Assembly (NCBI GenBank): GCA_963749915.1 | Contig: CAVVOP010000008.1 | Coordinates: 608,001 to 672,000 of the forward strand | Length of the DNA stretch: 64,000 nt | Reading direction: 5' to 3' | Origin: an uncultured cyanobacterium | GTDB taxonomy: Bacteria; Cyanobacteriota; Cyanobacteriia; Cyanobacteriales; Cyanobacteriaceae | Part shown: in pieces, positions 52,498 to 63,521 of the stretch | Layout of the letters: every line of letters starts with the position of its first letter | Position numbering within the stretch: position 1 is the stretch's first letter | Notes under the pieces: model-generated | Database searches by the model: none | Told to the model about the DNA's origin: nothing | The model's input: the letters and a program-made list of their open reading frames with translations, nothing else | Made by a program: the position numbers and the translations under genes

Positions 52498-52661
52498 GCG
52501 TCTACTTGTGTAATACTTGAAGAACTCGCTTGAGCGGAGGGAACGTTGGCTGTATTGACTGCCATACTACGAAACTTCAATAGTTCAAACAATTGACCGT
52601 CTTTGCCCACGCGCTGCTGGCGAAAAAAGGGGGAACCACCATCCTCTAGATATATTGCCCA
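52498..52661 (-). pseudogene. Fragment of a bacterial sugar transferase (WbaP/WcaJ C-domain type)
   Basis: AIYLEDGGSPFFRQQRVGKDGQLFELLKFRSM. Confidence 0.85.
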
Positions 52662-52715
52662 ACCGATGAGGGTTAAGATTGTTGCAAAAATGATACCAAT
52701 GTACGAATAAACCAA

Positions 52716-52915
52716 AATTAGTTAACCTCAAGATATCTAGTAGTCAAAGCGTGAAAGGCTGTTTGAAAAGCTTCTGCGTATTTCATCCCTGCTTGTCCAC
52801 CTCGGTATGCAGCCAAACCTTTTAAGATTTCTTCACTACGAGGGTGAGGAAAGTCTCTCATCACACCCCGGTAGGAACCAAGGCTTCTAGCTTTCGTTTC
52901 AGAAAGGTTTCGCAT
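52716..52915 (-). pseudogene. C-terminal fragment of a PIG-L/LmbE-family deacetylase
   Basis: ETK..LGSY..VMRDFPHPRSEE..LAAYRGGQAGMKYAEAF. Confidence 0.7.
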
Positions 52916-53568
52916 CAAAGGTTGGGGAAAAATTCCGTAACGGATAATCGCAAAAATAGCGACACCTAATTGTACTCCATAACGAACAATAGAAGGCAAA
53001 TTATAGCGATCGTCTAGAAAACCGATGATTGCTAAGGGCAAAAGAATTAAGGGTAATAGAGGATCGGATTTTACCGGTGAGATGGGAAGTAAGGTAACAA
53101 CAAGAATGCCGATAATAAAAGTGATAACAAATCCTAAACCTCCCCCCCTCGGAGTTGGTCGAACATGAGAACTACGTTCGTTGGGAATATCTAAAAGTTG
53201 TTTACTAAAGTTTTGGATGATGAGAAAGACTAATAGTAAACTGAGTAAAAAACTAGCAATTAAAAGAAACACAACAGAGGTCATATTTATGAGTTTATCT
53301 TTTTTCTACGAATATCTAACAGTTTACACCTGTTTCTAAGTTGACACTAGTTAAGTAAGACATTCTTGAGAAGTACTACCCTTATTAACTTTGAGATAAA
53401 ACTTACTTCACTTCCAACATATATAAGCTAATATTTCATGAATAAAGTTGATATCCTCTGGCGACATTTAAGATAGGCTTGTTGGGAAATAGGATAAAAT
53501 TAAGCAAATTGATTAGAGAGGCGATCGCCCTCGAAAAACCTGATTACTTCGCTCTACGAGCATAGATA

Positions 53569-54441
53569 TCAGATAACTTGAAGAGATATATCAGCTGTTA
53601 TCTTTGACTTAGTCAGCTCACCATCTTCTGTTAAAGATTGAACTGGCGTAATCTTACCAGTAACAGCGGCCGCATAACTAGGGAAACAACTAGCGGCTAA
53701 AGCTACGTGGCGATCGCTGACTGCTAATCCGTGAGTAGGATCGTAACCTCGCCAGCCACCACCAGGTAAATAAACCTCAGCCCAAGCGTGTAAGTCTCGG
53801 TTGTCTTGTTCTAGGTCTCCTTCTTGATAACCACTGACAAACCTGGCCGCTAAACCCATAGCACGACAAACTTCTATAAACAATACAGCTAAATCCCGAC
53901 AAGAACCTTGCTTGCGTCTCCAGGTTACTCCTGCTGGCCAGGGTTCTCCATTTTCACGAGTAATATAATTACAACTTTCATAGAGACGCTGATTTGAATT
54001 GGAAACAAAAGCAATGGTATTACCGTTGACTTCTAAATCAATTTCTTGTGCAAGTTCTAATACTACCGGATCCAATAGGAAACTGTGGGGTTGTAAATAA
54101 GGTTGAAGTTGAGTGAATAAGGAACTAGGATAATCAATGGGTAGCTTAACTGCCCAAGGCTCAAGGAGATAGTCAAAAGGATTTGTTTTGTAGGTTTCTA
54201 CTTGGGTAATGATTTTGAGTTCCAATTGCTCTGTTGCTTTAGTAAACCAGACCTTGGTCAGATTATTCCCATCCAAATCGACAATGTGGGAAACGGTTTC
54301 TGGGGTAGGTTCTATGAGCAGAGAAAAGGAATGGAGTTTTTGCCAACTATCGCTACGAGGTCGTAGTCTGATCAGATGGGGCTGTAACCACACGGGTTTA
54401 TTATAAGTGTAACTTGTCCTGTGAATAATGTTGTATAGCAC
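53569..54441 (-). CDS. Bacterial transglutaminase-like protein
   Basis: HRTSYTY..IRLRPR N-domain; GSCRDLA, ARFVSGY, LHAWAEVYLPG, YDPT. Confidence 0.95.
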   Translation of the reverse strand: MLYNIIHRTSYTYNKPVWLQPHLIRLRPRSDSWQKLHSFSLLIEPTPETVSHIVDLDGNNLTKVWFTKATEQLELKIITQVETYKTNPFDYLLEPWAVKLPIDYPSSLFTQLQPYLQPHSFLLDPVVLELAQEIDLEVNGNTIAFVSNSNQRLYESCNYITRENGEPWPAGVTWRRKQGSCRDLAVLFIEVCRAMGLAARFVSGYQEGDLEQDNRDLHAWAEVYLPGGGWRGYDPTHGLAVSDRHVALAASCFPSYAAAVTGKITPVQSLTEDGELTKSKITADISLQVI

Positions 54442-54442
54442 T

Positions 54443-55390
54443 TTAAGAATTATCTATGGCAAAAAAAGTAGAATAAATTCGCATGGCCACTTCATTAATA
54501 GAGCTTTGCATCCGATCCAAAAATTCGTGTAAACCAGATTCAGTAATATCCTCTATGGTTAAATAACCTAGTTGAGAACATAATTGACCAAGGGATCGCT
54601 CCGCACTATTGCACCAAGTACCAACAGGGGTGTTGGTAATTTCATGTAAACATTGTTCAGCTTGCCATAGACAAAAATGAACGGAACGAGGAAACTGTCG
54701 GTTTAAAATTAGAAATTCAGCGACATCGTTGGGAGTGATGCGATGTTGATATTTGCGGTACATTTCGTAAGCACTAGCTGATTTTAACAAAGCGATCCAT
54801 TGAATTTGATCTAAAGGTGTTCCCACCCATTCTGCTGAAGGCAATAATACAAAATATTTTACGTCAAGAATGCGAGCCGTTTTATCCGCTCTTTCTAAGA
54901 ATCTCCCAACTTGCCCAAAATGCCAACCTTCATTATGACTCATGGTGGCATCCATCACTCCGGTAAAGCGGTGACTAGACATTTTTACCTGAGCAAAAAA
55001 ATCAGGTAGTTCATCTAAGGGTTTGCCTGATGAAGTTTCCTTCAGCATCAAGTAAAAAGCATTCACCTCCTCCCACATCTCTGAGGAAATAATTTCCCGA
55101 ATCGAGCGAGCATTTTCTCTCGCTTTTTGCACACAGGAGATAATGGAATTGGGATAATCCCCATCGAAAGTGAGAAACTGAATCACATTTTCCCCATTGA
55201 TTTCCCCGTAATGATTTTGAAACAGTTCTAAATCTCCTGTTGTATAAATTAAAGGTTGCCACTGCTGGTTTATATCCGTGGGCAAATCAAGCATTAAATG
55301 GAGATTGACATCAATAAAACGGGCGACATTTTCCGCTCGCTCGATGTAGCGGTTTAGCCAGTAAATAGAATCAGCAACTCGACTTAGCAT
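54443..55390 (-). CDS. Alpha-E domain protein (DUF403)
   Basis: MLSRVADSIYWLNRYIERAEN, ARENARSIRE, LERADKTARILDVK. Confidence 0.95.
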   Translation of the reverse strand: MLSRVADSIYWLNRYIERAENVARFIDVNLHLMLDLPTDINQQWQPLIYTTGDLELFQNHYGEINGENVIQFLTFDGDYPNSIISCVQKARENARSIREIISSEMWEEVNAFYLMLKETSSGKPLDELPDFFAQVKMSSHRFTGVMDATMSHNEGWHFGQVGRFLERADKTARILDVKYFVLLPSAEWVGTPLDQIQWIALLKSASAYEMYRKYQHRITPNDVAEFLILNRQFPRSVHFCLWQAEQCLHEITNTPVGTWCNSAERSLGQLCSQLGYLTIEDITESGLHEFLDRMQSSINEVAMRIYSTFFAIDNS

Positions 55391-55400
55391 AAGTTGTTGG

Positions 55401-56903
55401 TTAGGAATTATTCGTTATTTGTTGGTTTACTTGATATTGTTGGCAATGATTGCCTTCCCCGGTTAGAACCCAAGTATCTTTACTTCCTCCACCTTGGGAA
55501 GAATTGACGACTAGAGAACCTTTTTTCAGAGCTACTCTAGTAAGTCCCCCGGGATGAACATAAATTTCCTCACCTCGATGGATGATATAAGGGCGCAAAT
55601 CTACGTGCCTTCCCTCAACAGCATCACCGATTAAAGTAGGAACTCGTGATAAGCTGAGGATTGGTTGAGCAATATAATTACGGGGATTAGCCATAATACG
55701 CTGAGCAAATTCTTGGCACTGCACTTCAGTCGCTGATGAACCGACCAACATTCCGTAGCCTCCGGCTTCGTTAGCAGATTTGACTACTAAACTCTTTAAA
55801 TTCTTGAGAACATAATTTCGCTCTTTTTCTTGCCAACATAGGTAAGTGGGAACATTAGCTAAGATTGGCTCTTCTCCTAGATAATAGCGAATCATCTCAG
55901 GTAAATAGGCATAAACCACCTTATCATCTGCTACCCCTGTTCCGGGGGCATTGGCTAGTGCGACGCGACCTTGTTGATAAACTTCCATTAATCCGGGCAC
56001 TCCTAATAAGGAGTCAGAACGAAATACCAGGGGATCTAAAAAGTCGTCATCGACTCGACGATAAATCACATCTACTCGCTGAAGTCCTTTAGTAGTTCGC
56101 ATTTGCAAATAACCGTCTACCACCACCAGATCGCGACCTTCTACTAACTCCACACCCATTTGCTGTGCCAAAAATGAGTGTTCATAATAAGCGGAATTGT
56201 AAATTCCGGGGGTGAGGACAACCACTGTGGGATTGGGTAAGTAGGGAGGTGCTAGATTTAACAAACTTTCCAGCAAATGACTAGGATAATCATCCACTGG
56301 CTTAACTGCCATAGTCTGAAAAATATCAGGAAAAGTAGTTTTCATGACTCGGCGGTTATCTAGTACATAAGAGATACCTGAAGGTACTCTTAAATTATCT
56401 TCTAGCACATACCATTGTCCATCGCGATCGCGTACTAAATCCGTACCGGTAATGTGGCACCAAATTCCTGAAACAGGTTTAATGCTAAGACAAGGTTTTA
56501 AAAACCCTTTGGCTGAATTAATAATTTCAGCAGGTATTTTGCCATCCTTAAGAATCTTTTGTTCACCGTAAATGTCTCCTAAAAAGAGGTTCAGTGCCGC
56601 AATTCTCTGCTTCAGACCTTTTTCGAGCTTTTGCCATTCTTGAGCTGAGATAATCCGAGGAATAATATCAAAGGGAAAAATTTTTTCGACACCTTGATCG
56701 TCGCTATAAACATTAAAGGTTACTCCCAGTTTAAACAGAGCGATCTGGGCTGTCTGTTGGTGTTGCTGCAATTGTTTGATGCCGAGAGCTTGCATCCATT
56801 CCATTAAGGATGCCGCCTGGGCTCGTGGTTGTCCCTTAGCCAGAAAAAGTTCATCATAAAAATCTTCTGGATCGTATGCGTTTAAATGCACAACTCCCTC
56901 CAA
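55401..56903 (-). CDS. Circularly permuted type 2 ATP-grasp protein
   Basis: [43 protein letters not shown]. Confidence 0.95.
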   Translation of the reverse strand: MEGVVHLNAYDPEDFYDELFLAKGQPRAQAASLMEWMQALGIKQLQQHQQTAQIALFKLGVTFNVYSDDQGVEKIFPFDIIPRIISAQEWQKLEKGLKQRIAALNLFLGDIYGEQKILKDGKIPAEIINSAKGFLKPCLSIKPVSGIWCHITGTDLVRDRDGQWYVLEDNLRVPSGISYVLDNRRVMKTTFPDIFQTMAVKPVDDYPSHLLESLLNLAPPYLPNPTVVVLTPGIYNSAYYEHSFLAQQMGVELVEGRDLVVVDGYLQMRTTKGLQRVDVIYRRVDDDFLDPLVFRSDSLLGVPGLMEVYQQGRVALANAPGTGVADDKVVYAYLPEMIRYYLGEEPILANVPTYLCWQEKERNYVLKNLKSLVVKSANEAGGYGMLVGSSATEVQCQEFAQRIMANPRNYIAQPILSLSRVPTLIGDAVEGRHVDLRPYIIHRGEEIYVHPGGLTRVALKKGSLVVNSSQGGGSKDTWVLTGEGNHCQQYQVNQQITNNS

Positions 56904-56949
56904 GAGCTTTTTTCTGAATCAATTTTGATGCTTATTTAACTAAAAAATT

Positions 56950-56963
56950 GTAGCTCAGGCTAC
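56950..56963. promoter_or_regulatory. NtcA-type box in the divergent intergenic region
   Basis: TTGTAGC-tcag-GCTACAA, an extended palindrome containing GTA-N8-TAC. Confidence 0.75.
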
Positions 56964-57074
56964 AAGTTCACCAAATTTTGGCAAAAATATTGGGTCAATG
57001 TCCCAATTTTGATCACTTTTCCTGTGCCCACGATAAAATTGAAAATTAATCAATTAATTTAGGATGCAAGCCTC

Positions 57075-57638
57075 ATGATTTACTTAGGCAATCTGGGTGC
57101 AAATCAGCAACTTTATACCGAGAATCGAGGAAGCCAAACCCTCATAACTCTAGTTAGTAGTGGTGGCGGACAGCAACAAAGTCAAAGTAGCAGTTTGGAG
57201 ACGGGAAGTTGGACAGCACCGCCGAGTCTTTTCCGGATGGACGGGATGTTCCTGTTACGCATCGATTCTGTTGGAGGGCAGCATTTAATCCAAGTGCATG
57301 CTAACGGATTTAATTCCCTCAAGACAGTACCTTCTCTAATTAATGCTGATGTCATACCCTTACAAAAAGTTGCAGAAACAGAAACATCGAGTCAAAGTTC
57401 AGTACCGTTTCAGCCGATAGAACCCATGGAACCGATGAGGCCGATGAAGTTGGGTAATATGTCTATGGGAATGAACCCGATGGAAATGCGTATGGGTAAT
57501 ATGTATATGCAGATGCCACAAGACTCGAACAAAGAATCACCATCTAAATCAAATCAGCAATTCTGCACTCAATGCGGTACTTTAGTAAAGACAGGTGATC
57601 GCTTCTGTGCTCATTGCGGTCATAAACTGGAGGGTTGA
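57075..57638 (+). CDS. Gln/Ser- and Met-rich protein with C-terminal Zn-ribbon
   Basis: GGGQQQSQSSS; MEPMRPMKLGNMSMGMNPMEMRMGNMYMQM; FCTQCG..FCAHCG. Confidence 0.85.
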   Translation: MIYLGNLGANQQLYTENRGSQTLITLVSSGGGQQQSQSSSLETGSWTAPPSLFRMDGMFLLRIDSVGGQHLIQVHANGFNSLKTVPSLINADVIPLQKVAETETSSQSSVPFQPIEPMEPMRPMKLGNMSMGMNPMEMRMGNMYMQMPQDSNKESPSKSNQQFCTQCGTLVKTGDRFCAHCGHKLEG

Positions 57639-57647
57639 CCGGAAATT

Positions 57648-58415
57648 ATGACTTATTGTTTAGGGATCATCAACCATTTTGGCATAGTTATGGCGGCTGA
57701 TTCGCGTACCAATGCGGGGGTTGATTATATTTCTGCTTACAAAAAACTTTTCGATTTTTCCTTACCCGGAGAACGAGTTATTCTTATCTGTGCTTCTGGC
57801 AATCTCTCAATTACTCAGGGAGTTGTAACTAAATTAAATCGGGATATTCAACATCAGGAAGAACCCAATCTGCATACTATTCCTAGTATGTACGATCTGG
57901 CCCGCTACGTGGGCAATAAAAGTAGAGAGATTCAAGAGCAAGATCGTAATTGGTTAGAACGAGATAACATCGATTTTCATTGTAACTTTTTACTTGGTGG
58001 ACAAATAAAAGAGGAAGAACCACAGTTGTTCCTTGTTTACACTCAAGGAAACTACATTAAAGCAACTAGAGAAACTCCTTTTTTGCAAATTGGCGAGACT
58101 AAATATGGCAAGCCGATCCTTGATCGCACTATTGCTTATGATACTCCTTTAGAAGACGTGGCCAAATGTGCTCTTTTATCCATTGACTCGACGATGAAAT
58201 CGAATATTTCTGTCGGTCCGCCCATTAACTTAGCCATGTATGAAGCAAATAGTTTTGTCATTCGTCACACCTTGGAACTGCGTTTGGGAGCTCGCTATTT
58301 AGCTAAAATTCGTAAGTTGTGGGAAGATTCCGTACGTAAAGCGTTTGAGGAAATGCCTAATATAGAATGGCAACAGGAATCAGAGGAGTCTCTAGAAGAC
58401 CTACTAATTGACTAA
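57648..58415 (+). CDS. Proteasome-type Ntn protease (Anbu)
   Basis: N-terminal (M)TYCLG, DSRTNAGVD, QIGETKYGKPILDR, STMKSNISVGPP. Confidence 0.95.
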   Translation: MTYCLGIINHFGIVMAADSRTNAGVDYISAYKKLFDFSLPGERVILICASGNLSITQGVVTKLNRDIQHQEEPNLHTIPSMYDLARYVGNKSREIQEQDRNWLERDNIDFHCNFLLGGQIKEEEPQLFLVYTQGNYIKATRETPFLQIGETKYGKPILDRTIAYDTPLEDVAKCALLSIDSTMKSNISVGPPINLAMYEANSFVIRHTLELRLGARYLAKIRKLWEDSVRKAFEEMPNIEWQQESEESLEDLLID

Positions 58416-58618
58416 TGGGATAGTTAGTTTATCAGTCATAAAAAGATTTTTTTGAGTCTTTTTCAATTACTATTAATAAAGTATCTCTTTTCTAACCTTT
58501 AAAACTATGTATTGTATGTAGAAGATTTTGTGTTTCCTATATTCATCCAAAAAAAGAGCGTTAAGATGAGCATAAAGCCCATCCTAATTATTATAAAACT
58601 AACAGAAACGAACCATTA

Positions 58619-61600
58619 CTACACAGCAGTTAACTCTTTTTGAGCTTTAGCTTCAGGATTATCTGCTTCCGAAGGTGGTACAACCTGCCAAAATTTAGAT
58701 AAATAGTGTGCCCAATTATCTAAGATTAATTGACCTTTTTTACTAACTGTTTTATTCACATGATTAGTGATTAATTCCTTTAATTGTGCTTCACCTTCAG
58801 CAGTGCAAATACGCTGAATTTTGACGATTTCGGGATTAACTTTTGCCTCGAAATTACCTTCTTCATCAAGAAAGTAACCTAAACCACCAGTCATACCCGC
58901 ACCCACGTTACGCCCTACACTACCTAAAACTACTACTAAACCGCCTGTCATATACTCGCAACAGTGATCTCCAGCACCCTCAATTACGGTTGTTGCTTTG
59001 GAGTTGCGCACAGCAAAACGCTCTCCTGCACGCCCGTTAGCATATAAACTTCCGCCCGTTGCACCATATAAGCAAGTGTTACCGATAATTACGTTTTCTG
59101 AGGCCTTGTAGGTGGCTTCGGTGGGGGGAATGATGACGATTTCACCGCCATTGATACCTTTGCCTACATAGTCGTTGGCTTCCCCTTCAAGATGAATATT
59201 CATTCCTTGAATGTTGAATGCACCAAAACTTTGTCCTGCTGTGCCTTTAAAGTTAAGGTTGAGTTTCCCGTTAAAACTGTAATCGCCGTATTGTTTGGCA
59301 ATAACTCCGGCAATTCTCGCCCCAACGGATCGATCCGTATTGATTATGTTAATCTCCTTAGTAACGTTGGTTTGATTTGCGATGGCACTTATTATTTCAT
59401 TATCTGCTAAGATTTCATCATCTAAGACAGCACCGTTGCTATGGGTATCACCATGATTTAACCATTGACGGTTATTTTTGACATCGGGTAAATTGGTTAA
59501 ACAATCTAACACAAGGGCTTTAGTTTTAGTTAATTGTACCGATTTACGGTAGGCTAACAAATCGCCACGCCCGATAATCTCATTTAAATTACGATAGCCC
59601 AATTTGGCAAGGATCGACCGCACTTCTTCCGCCACAAAATAGAAGAAATTAACTACATCCCCAGGCACACCCGAAAAACGCTCCCTTAAACGCTCTTGTT
59701 GGGTTGCAACGCCGACAGGACATTGATTGGTATGGCAAACACGAGCCATGATACAACCTTCAGCAATCATCGCAATGCTACCAAAACCATATTCTTCAGC
59801 ACCCATTAATGCCGCCATGAGAATATCCCAACCAGTCTTTAAACCGCCATCGGCACGGAGTAAAACTCGATCGCGCAACTGGTTTTCCAATAAGGTACGG
59901 TGCACTTCAGTAACTCCCAATTCCCAAGGGCAACCCGCGTGTTTAATAGAGCTTAAAGGTGATGCACCAGTACCACCGTCATGTCCTGAAATTTGGATCA
60001 CATCAGCATTAGCTTTAGCTACACCTGCGGCAATTGTACCAATGCCAACTTCAGACACTAACTTAACGGACACCTTAGCGGTGGGATTAATTTGATGTAA
60101 ATCGTGGATTAATTGAGCCAAATCCTCAATGGAGTAGATGTCATGATGGGGAGGGGGAGAAATGAGGGTGACACCGGGTTTAGAACGGCGTAACATGGCG
60201 ATATATTCGCTGACTTTCTTACCAGGTAACTGCCCCCCTTCACCGGGTTTTGCCCCCTGTGCCATTTTAATTTCTAATTGTTTACCACTCATCAAATACT
60301 CAGGGGTGACACCAAAACGCCCAGAGGCAATTTGTTTAATGGCAGAAGTAGCACGATCACCCTTACGCAATCCTTTAAGATGAGGGAATAAATCACTCTT
60401 CCCCTCCTCATCCACTTCCTCAATAATATTGTAACGGTTCGGGTCTTCTCCCCCTTCCCCAGAGTTAGATTTACCGCCAATACGATTCATGGCAATGGCT
60501 AGGGTTTCGTGGGCTTCTTGGCTTAATGCACCCAAAGACATTCCCCCGGTACAAAAACGCTTAACAATATCCTCTACGGACTCCACATCATCAATAGGGA
60601 TAGATTCTCGGTCAGTCTTAAACTCCAACAAATCACGCAGGGCAGTAACAGGGCGCTCTTCCAAATAATGACGATACCAATCATAATGATCATAACCTTC
60701 CTGAGTACCGTAGGCAGCCACCGCTTTATGTAACGACTTCGCCATTTCGGGGGAATTCATGTGATATTCGCCACCTTTTTTATAGTTGACATAGCCGTAA
60801 TTTTCGAGCTTTTTGCCCTGTAACTCAGGGAAAGCTTTATGATGGAAGGAAATCACCTCGTTAGCTACCTCAGAGAGACTTAAACCACCCACACGGCTAG
60901 TGGTGCCTTTGAAAGCTAATTCCATCACATCCGCACCTAAACCGATACATTCAAAAATCTGGGCACCATGATAGGAAGATAAGAGAGAAATACCCATTTT
61001 TGAGAGAATTTTGAGCAATCCTGCCTCTACCGACTGGCGATAACGATTTAAGGCTTCAATCTCGCTAATTTTCTCGATTTTTTCATTTTCCATCAATTTC
61101 TGAGTTTTGGTATCATGCCACCAACTGGAAACCGTTGTCAGAGTCAAATAAGGGCATACCGCCGACGCACCGAAACCGATTAGACAAGCGTAATGATGAG
61201 TACTCCAACATTGAGCCGTATCCGCAATTAAGGAAGTTTTCAGTCTTAAGCCTTCTTTAATTAAATGTTGATGGACTGTACCTATAGCTAATAAAGGAGG
61301 AATGTAAGAAGATTTAGCGGAAACTTCCCCACCTATTCTGTCACTTAAAATTACAATTTGATAACCCTGATTAACTGCCTCTACTGCTTCAGTACAAAGT
61401 TCATCTAGGGCTAATTTTAAGGCATCAGGTCCTTGGTTAATAGGGAATAAGCAAGATAATTCCTTAACTTTAAAGTCAGATTTTTTGATGAAGTCCAACT
61501 CTGAGTCCGACAACACAGGGGAATCGATTAAGAGTGTGTGGGCATTTTTTGGCTCAATTTGCAGTACATTACCTCTTTCTCCTAAGTGCATCTGTAACGA

Positions 61601-63247
61601 CATTACTAAACTTTCCCGTAAAGGATCAATTGGGGGGTTGGTAACTTGCGCAAAACGTTGCTTGAAGTAGTCGTACAATAAACGAGGTTTATCCGATAAC
61701 ACTGCCAAAGGAATATCATCACCCATGCAGAAAGTAGGCTCTTTGCCATCCCGTGCCATAGCCGTAATTACCATTTCTACATCTTCGGCGTTGTAACCGA
61801 AAGCCGTTTGCAACTGTAATAAATCAAAGTTCTCTCCCTTGTTCCCTGGGGAGGGTGTAAATTCTTGTCTATCTAAATGTGAACGATATTCTTGTAACCA
61901 TTGCCCATAAGGTTTTTGGGCGGCAATTTCCTGTTTAATTTCCCAGTTTTTGAGGACCTGATTATTTTCTAAATCTACGACAATCATCTGACCCGGACCG
62001 AGTTTGCCCTTCTCGATAATTTCTGATTCGGGTAAATCGATAACTCCAGCCTCTGAACCTACTACCACGTAACCTTCTTTGGTGATAGTATAGCGTGCAG
62101 GACGTAAACCATTGCGATCGAGGCAAGCACCCACAGTTTTTCCTTCACTAAAAGCAAGTAATGCAGGACCATCCCAGGGTTCTTTTAAACCGCTATAGTA
62201 GTGATAGAAGTCGAGAATTTCGGGATATTTTTCTAATTCAGGTTGATTTTGATAGGCCTCAGGTACGAGAATCATCAACGCTTCAGGAATACTGCGCCCT
62301 GTCCGTACTAATAATTCCAAAGAACTATCAAGGTTATAGGAGTCACTATTTGCCATGTTAACAATGGGGGTAACACCGTCGAATTCTTCTTTGGTCCATC
62401 CGGGTAACTCTAAATTGGCCTCCCGTACAGTCATCCAGTTGATATTACCGATAAGGGTATTAATTTCGCCATTATGTCCTAAAACCCGCATCGGTTGAGC
62501 AAAAGGCCATTTAGGCATAGTATTGGTACTAAAACGACGATGATAAACAGCGAAACGACTTTGATATTCAGGGTTTTGTAAATCTAAGTAAAATTTTTCT
62601 AATATTTCCCCACGCACTAAACCCTTATAGACCAAGGTACGACAAGAAAAAGAACAGATATAAAAATCATCAGATAAATGCTTACCCACTCTCGAACGTG
62701 CTACGTATAAACGGCGATCGAGTTCATCACCTTTGTAGTGTTTTCCCCCTGAAGTAACGATAATTTGCTCAATACGGGGTTGATTTTCCCTGGCCTGTTG
62801 CCCTAAGACATCAGAATTTACAGGCACTTCGCGCCAACCGAGGGTTTTGAGACTTTCTACCTCTACCATCTCCTCCACAAACTTACGCCCTTTTCTCGCT
62901 TCAGCCTCATCTTGGGGTAAAAATACCATGCCAACTCCCCATTCTTCAGCTAGAGGCATCTCGATATTATTTTCACTAAACCATGCCTTAAATATTTCTA
63001 CAGGAATCCCTGTTAAAATTCCCGAACCATCACCACTATCTTGATCTGCACTACATCCGCCTCTATGTTCCATACAATGTAAGGCTTTCAGGGCTTGTTT
63101 TACTAATTTATGAGATTGACGATTCTCTTGATAGGCGATGAAGCCAACTCCACAAGCGTCTCTTTCTTCCACTAACCAAGGTTGTCCTTGAAATGGTGTT
63201 AATTCATTATGATTATGGGAATTTGTCATTATATCTTGACCTTGCAT
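58619..63247 (-). CDS. glsF: Ferredoxin-dependent glutamate synthase
   Basis: DACGVGF amidotransferase, [26 protein letters not shown]; no small-subunit gene adjacent. Confidence 0.9.
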   Translation of the reverse strand: MQGQDIMTNSHNHNELTPFQGQPWLVEERDACGVGFIAYQENRQSHKLVKQALKALHCMEHRGGCSADQDSGDGSGILTGIPVEIFKAWFSENNIEMPLAEEWGVGMVFLPQDEAEARKGRKFVEEMVEVESLKTLGWREVPVNSDVLGQQARENQPRIEQIIVTSGGKHYKGDELDRRLYVARSRVGKHLSDDFYICSFSCRTLVYKGLVRGEILEKFYLDLQNPEYQSRFAVYHRRFSTNTMPKWPFAQPMRVLGHNGEINTLIGNINWMTVREANLELPGWTKEEFDGVTPIVNMANSDSYNLDSSLELLVRTGRSIPEALMILVPEAYQNQPELEKYPEILDFYHYYSGLKEPWDGPALLAFSEGKTVGACLDRNGLRPARYTITKEGYVVVGSEAGVIDLPESEIIEKGKLGPGQMIVVDLENNQVLKNWEIKQEIAAQKPYGQWLQEYRSHLDRQEFTPSPGNKGENFDLLQLQTAFGYNAEDVEMVITAMARDGKEPTFCMGDDIPLAVLSDKPRLLYDYFKQRFAQVTNPPIDPLRESLVMSLQMHLGERGNVLQIEPKNAHTLLIDSPVLSDSELDFIKKSDFKVKELSCLFPINQGPDALKLALDELCTEAVEAVNQGYQIVILSDRIGGEVSAKSSYIPPLLAIGTVHQHLIKEGLRLKTSLIADTAQCWSTHHYACLIGFGASAVCPYLTLTTVSSWWHDTKTQKLMENEKIEKISEIEALNRYRQSVEAGLLKILSKMGISLLSSYHGAQIFECIGLGADVMELAFKGTTSRVGGLSLSEVANEVISFHHKAFPELQGKKLENYGYVNYKKGGEYHMNSPEMAKSLHKAVAAYGTQEGYDHYDWYRHYLEERPVTALRDLLEFKTDRESIPIDDVESVEDIVKRFCTGGMSLGALSQEAHETLAIAMNRIGGKSNSGEGGEDPNRYNIIEEVDEEGKSDLFPHLKGLRKGDRATSAIKQIASGRFGVTPEYLMSGKQLEIKMAQGAKPGEGGQLPGKKVSEYIAMLRRSKPGVTLISPPPHHDIYSIEDLAQLIHDLHQINPTAKVSVKLVSEVGIGTIAAGVAKANADVIQISGHDGGTGASPLSSIKHAGCPWELGVTEVHRTLLENQLRDRVLLRADGGLKTGWDILMAALMGAEEYGFGSIAMIAEGCIMARVCHTNQCPVGVATQQERLRERFSGVPGDVVNFFYFVAEEVRSILAKLGYRNLNEIIGRGDLLAYRKSVQLTKTKALVLDCLTNLPDVKNNRQWLNHGDTHSNGAVLDDEILADNEIISAIANQTNVTKEINIINTDRSVGARIAGVIAKQYGDYSFNGKLNLNFKGTAGQSFGAFNIQGMNIHLEGEANDYVGKGINGGEIVIIPPTEATYKASENVIIGNTCLYGATGGSLYANGRAGERFAVRNSKATTVIEGAGDHCCEYMTGGLVVVLGSVGRNVGAGMTGGLGYFLDEEGNFEAKVNPEIVKIQRICTAEGEAQLKELITNHVNKTVSKKGQLILDNWAHYLSKFWQVVPPSEADNPEAKAQKELTAV

Positions 63248-63290
63248 ACTTAGATTTGTTATCTTACGACCTATCGATTATCAAAATTTA

Positions 63291-63304
63291 GTAATAACTG
63301 ATAC
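63291..63304. promoter_or_regulatory. Candidate NtcA box upstream of glsF
   Basis: GTA-ataactga-TAC; TAAGAT follows after a 24-nt spacer on the minus strand. Confidence 0.5.
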
Positions 63305-63521
63305 AGGGCTTTACTGTTCTGATAACGACGTTTCTATATCCTTCCCATTATAAAGAATTGTTAAGTATTTTTTGAGATTCTCTACAATTATTTTTCTCTG
63401 TGGAAATATTCCATTGACGAAAGTTAAGGGATATAGACTATACTCGAAAGCACTTTTATCTTAATCTTGCAACTTTAGCATTTTGTTTAATCCTCATTTT
63501 TTAATTAAATTAACGAATAAA

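Larger units (their letters stand above)
51946..53284 (-). pseudogene. WecA/MraY-like undecaprenyl-phosphate sugar-1-P transferase, disrupted by insertions
   Basis: N-part (52916-53284) DIPNERSSH..PTPRGGG, GFLDD; C-part (51946-52497) NFYNFMDGLDG, IFMGDVGS, AHRTH. Confidence 0.85.

Noticed and set aside
59192..63044. Short ORFs antisense to or inside glsF (likewise those overlapping secD, secF, pdhB, purH, ctaA, ctpC and ubiD)
   Set aside because: Shadow frames of well-supported genes with no motifs of their own
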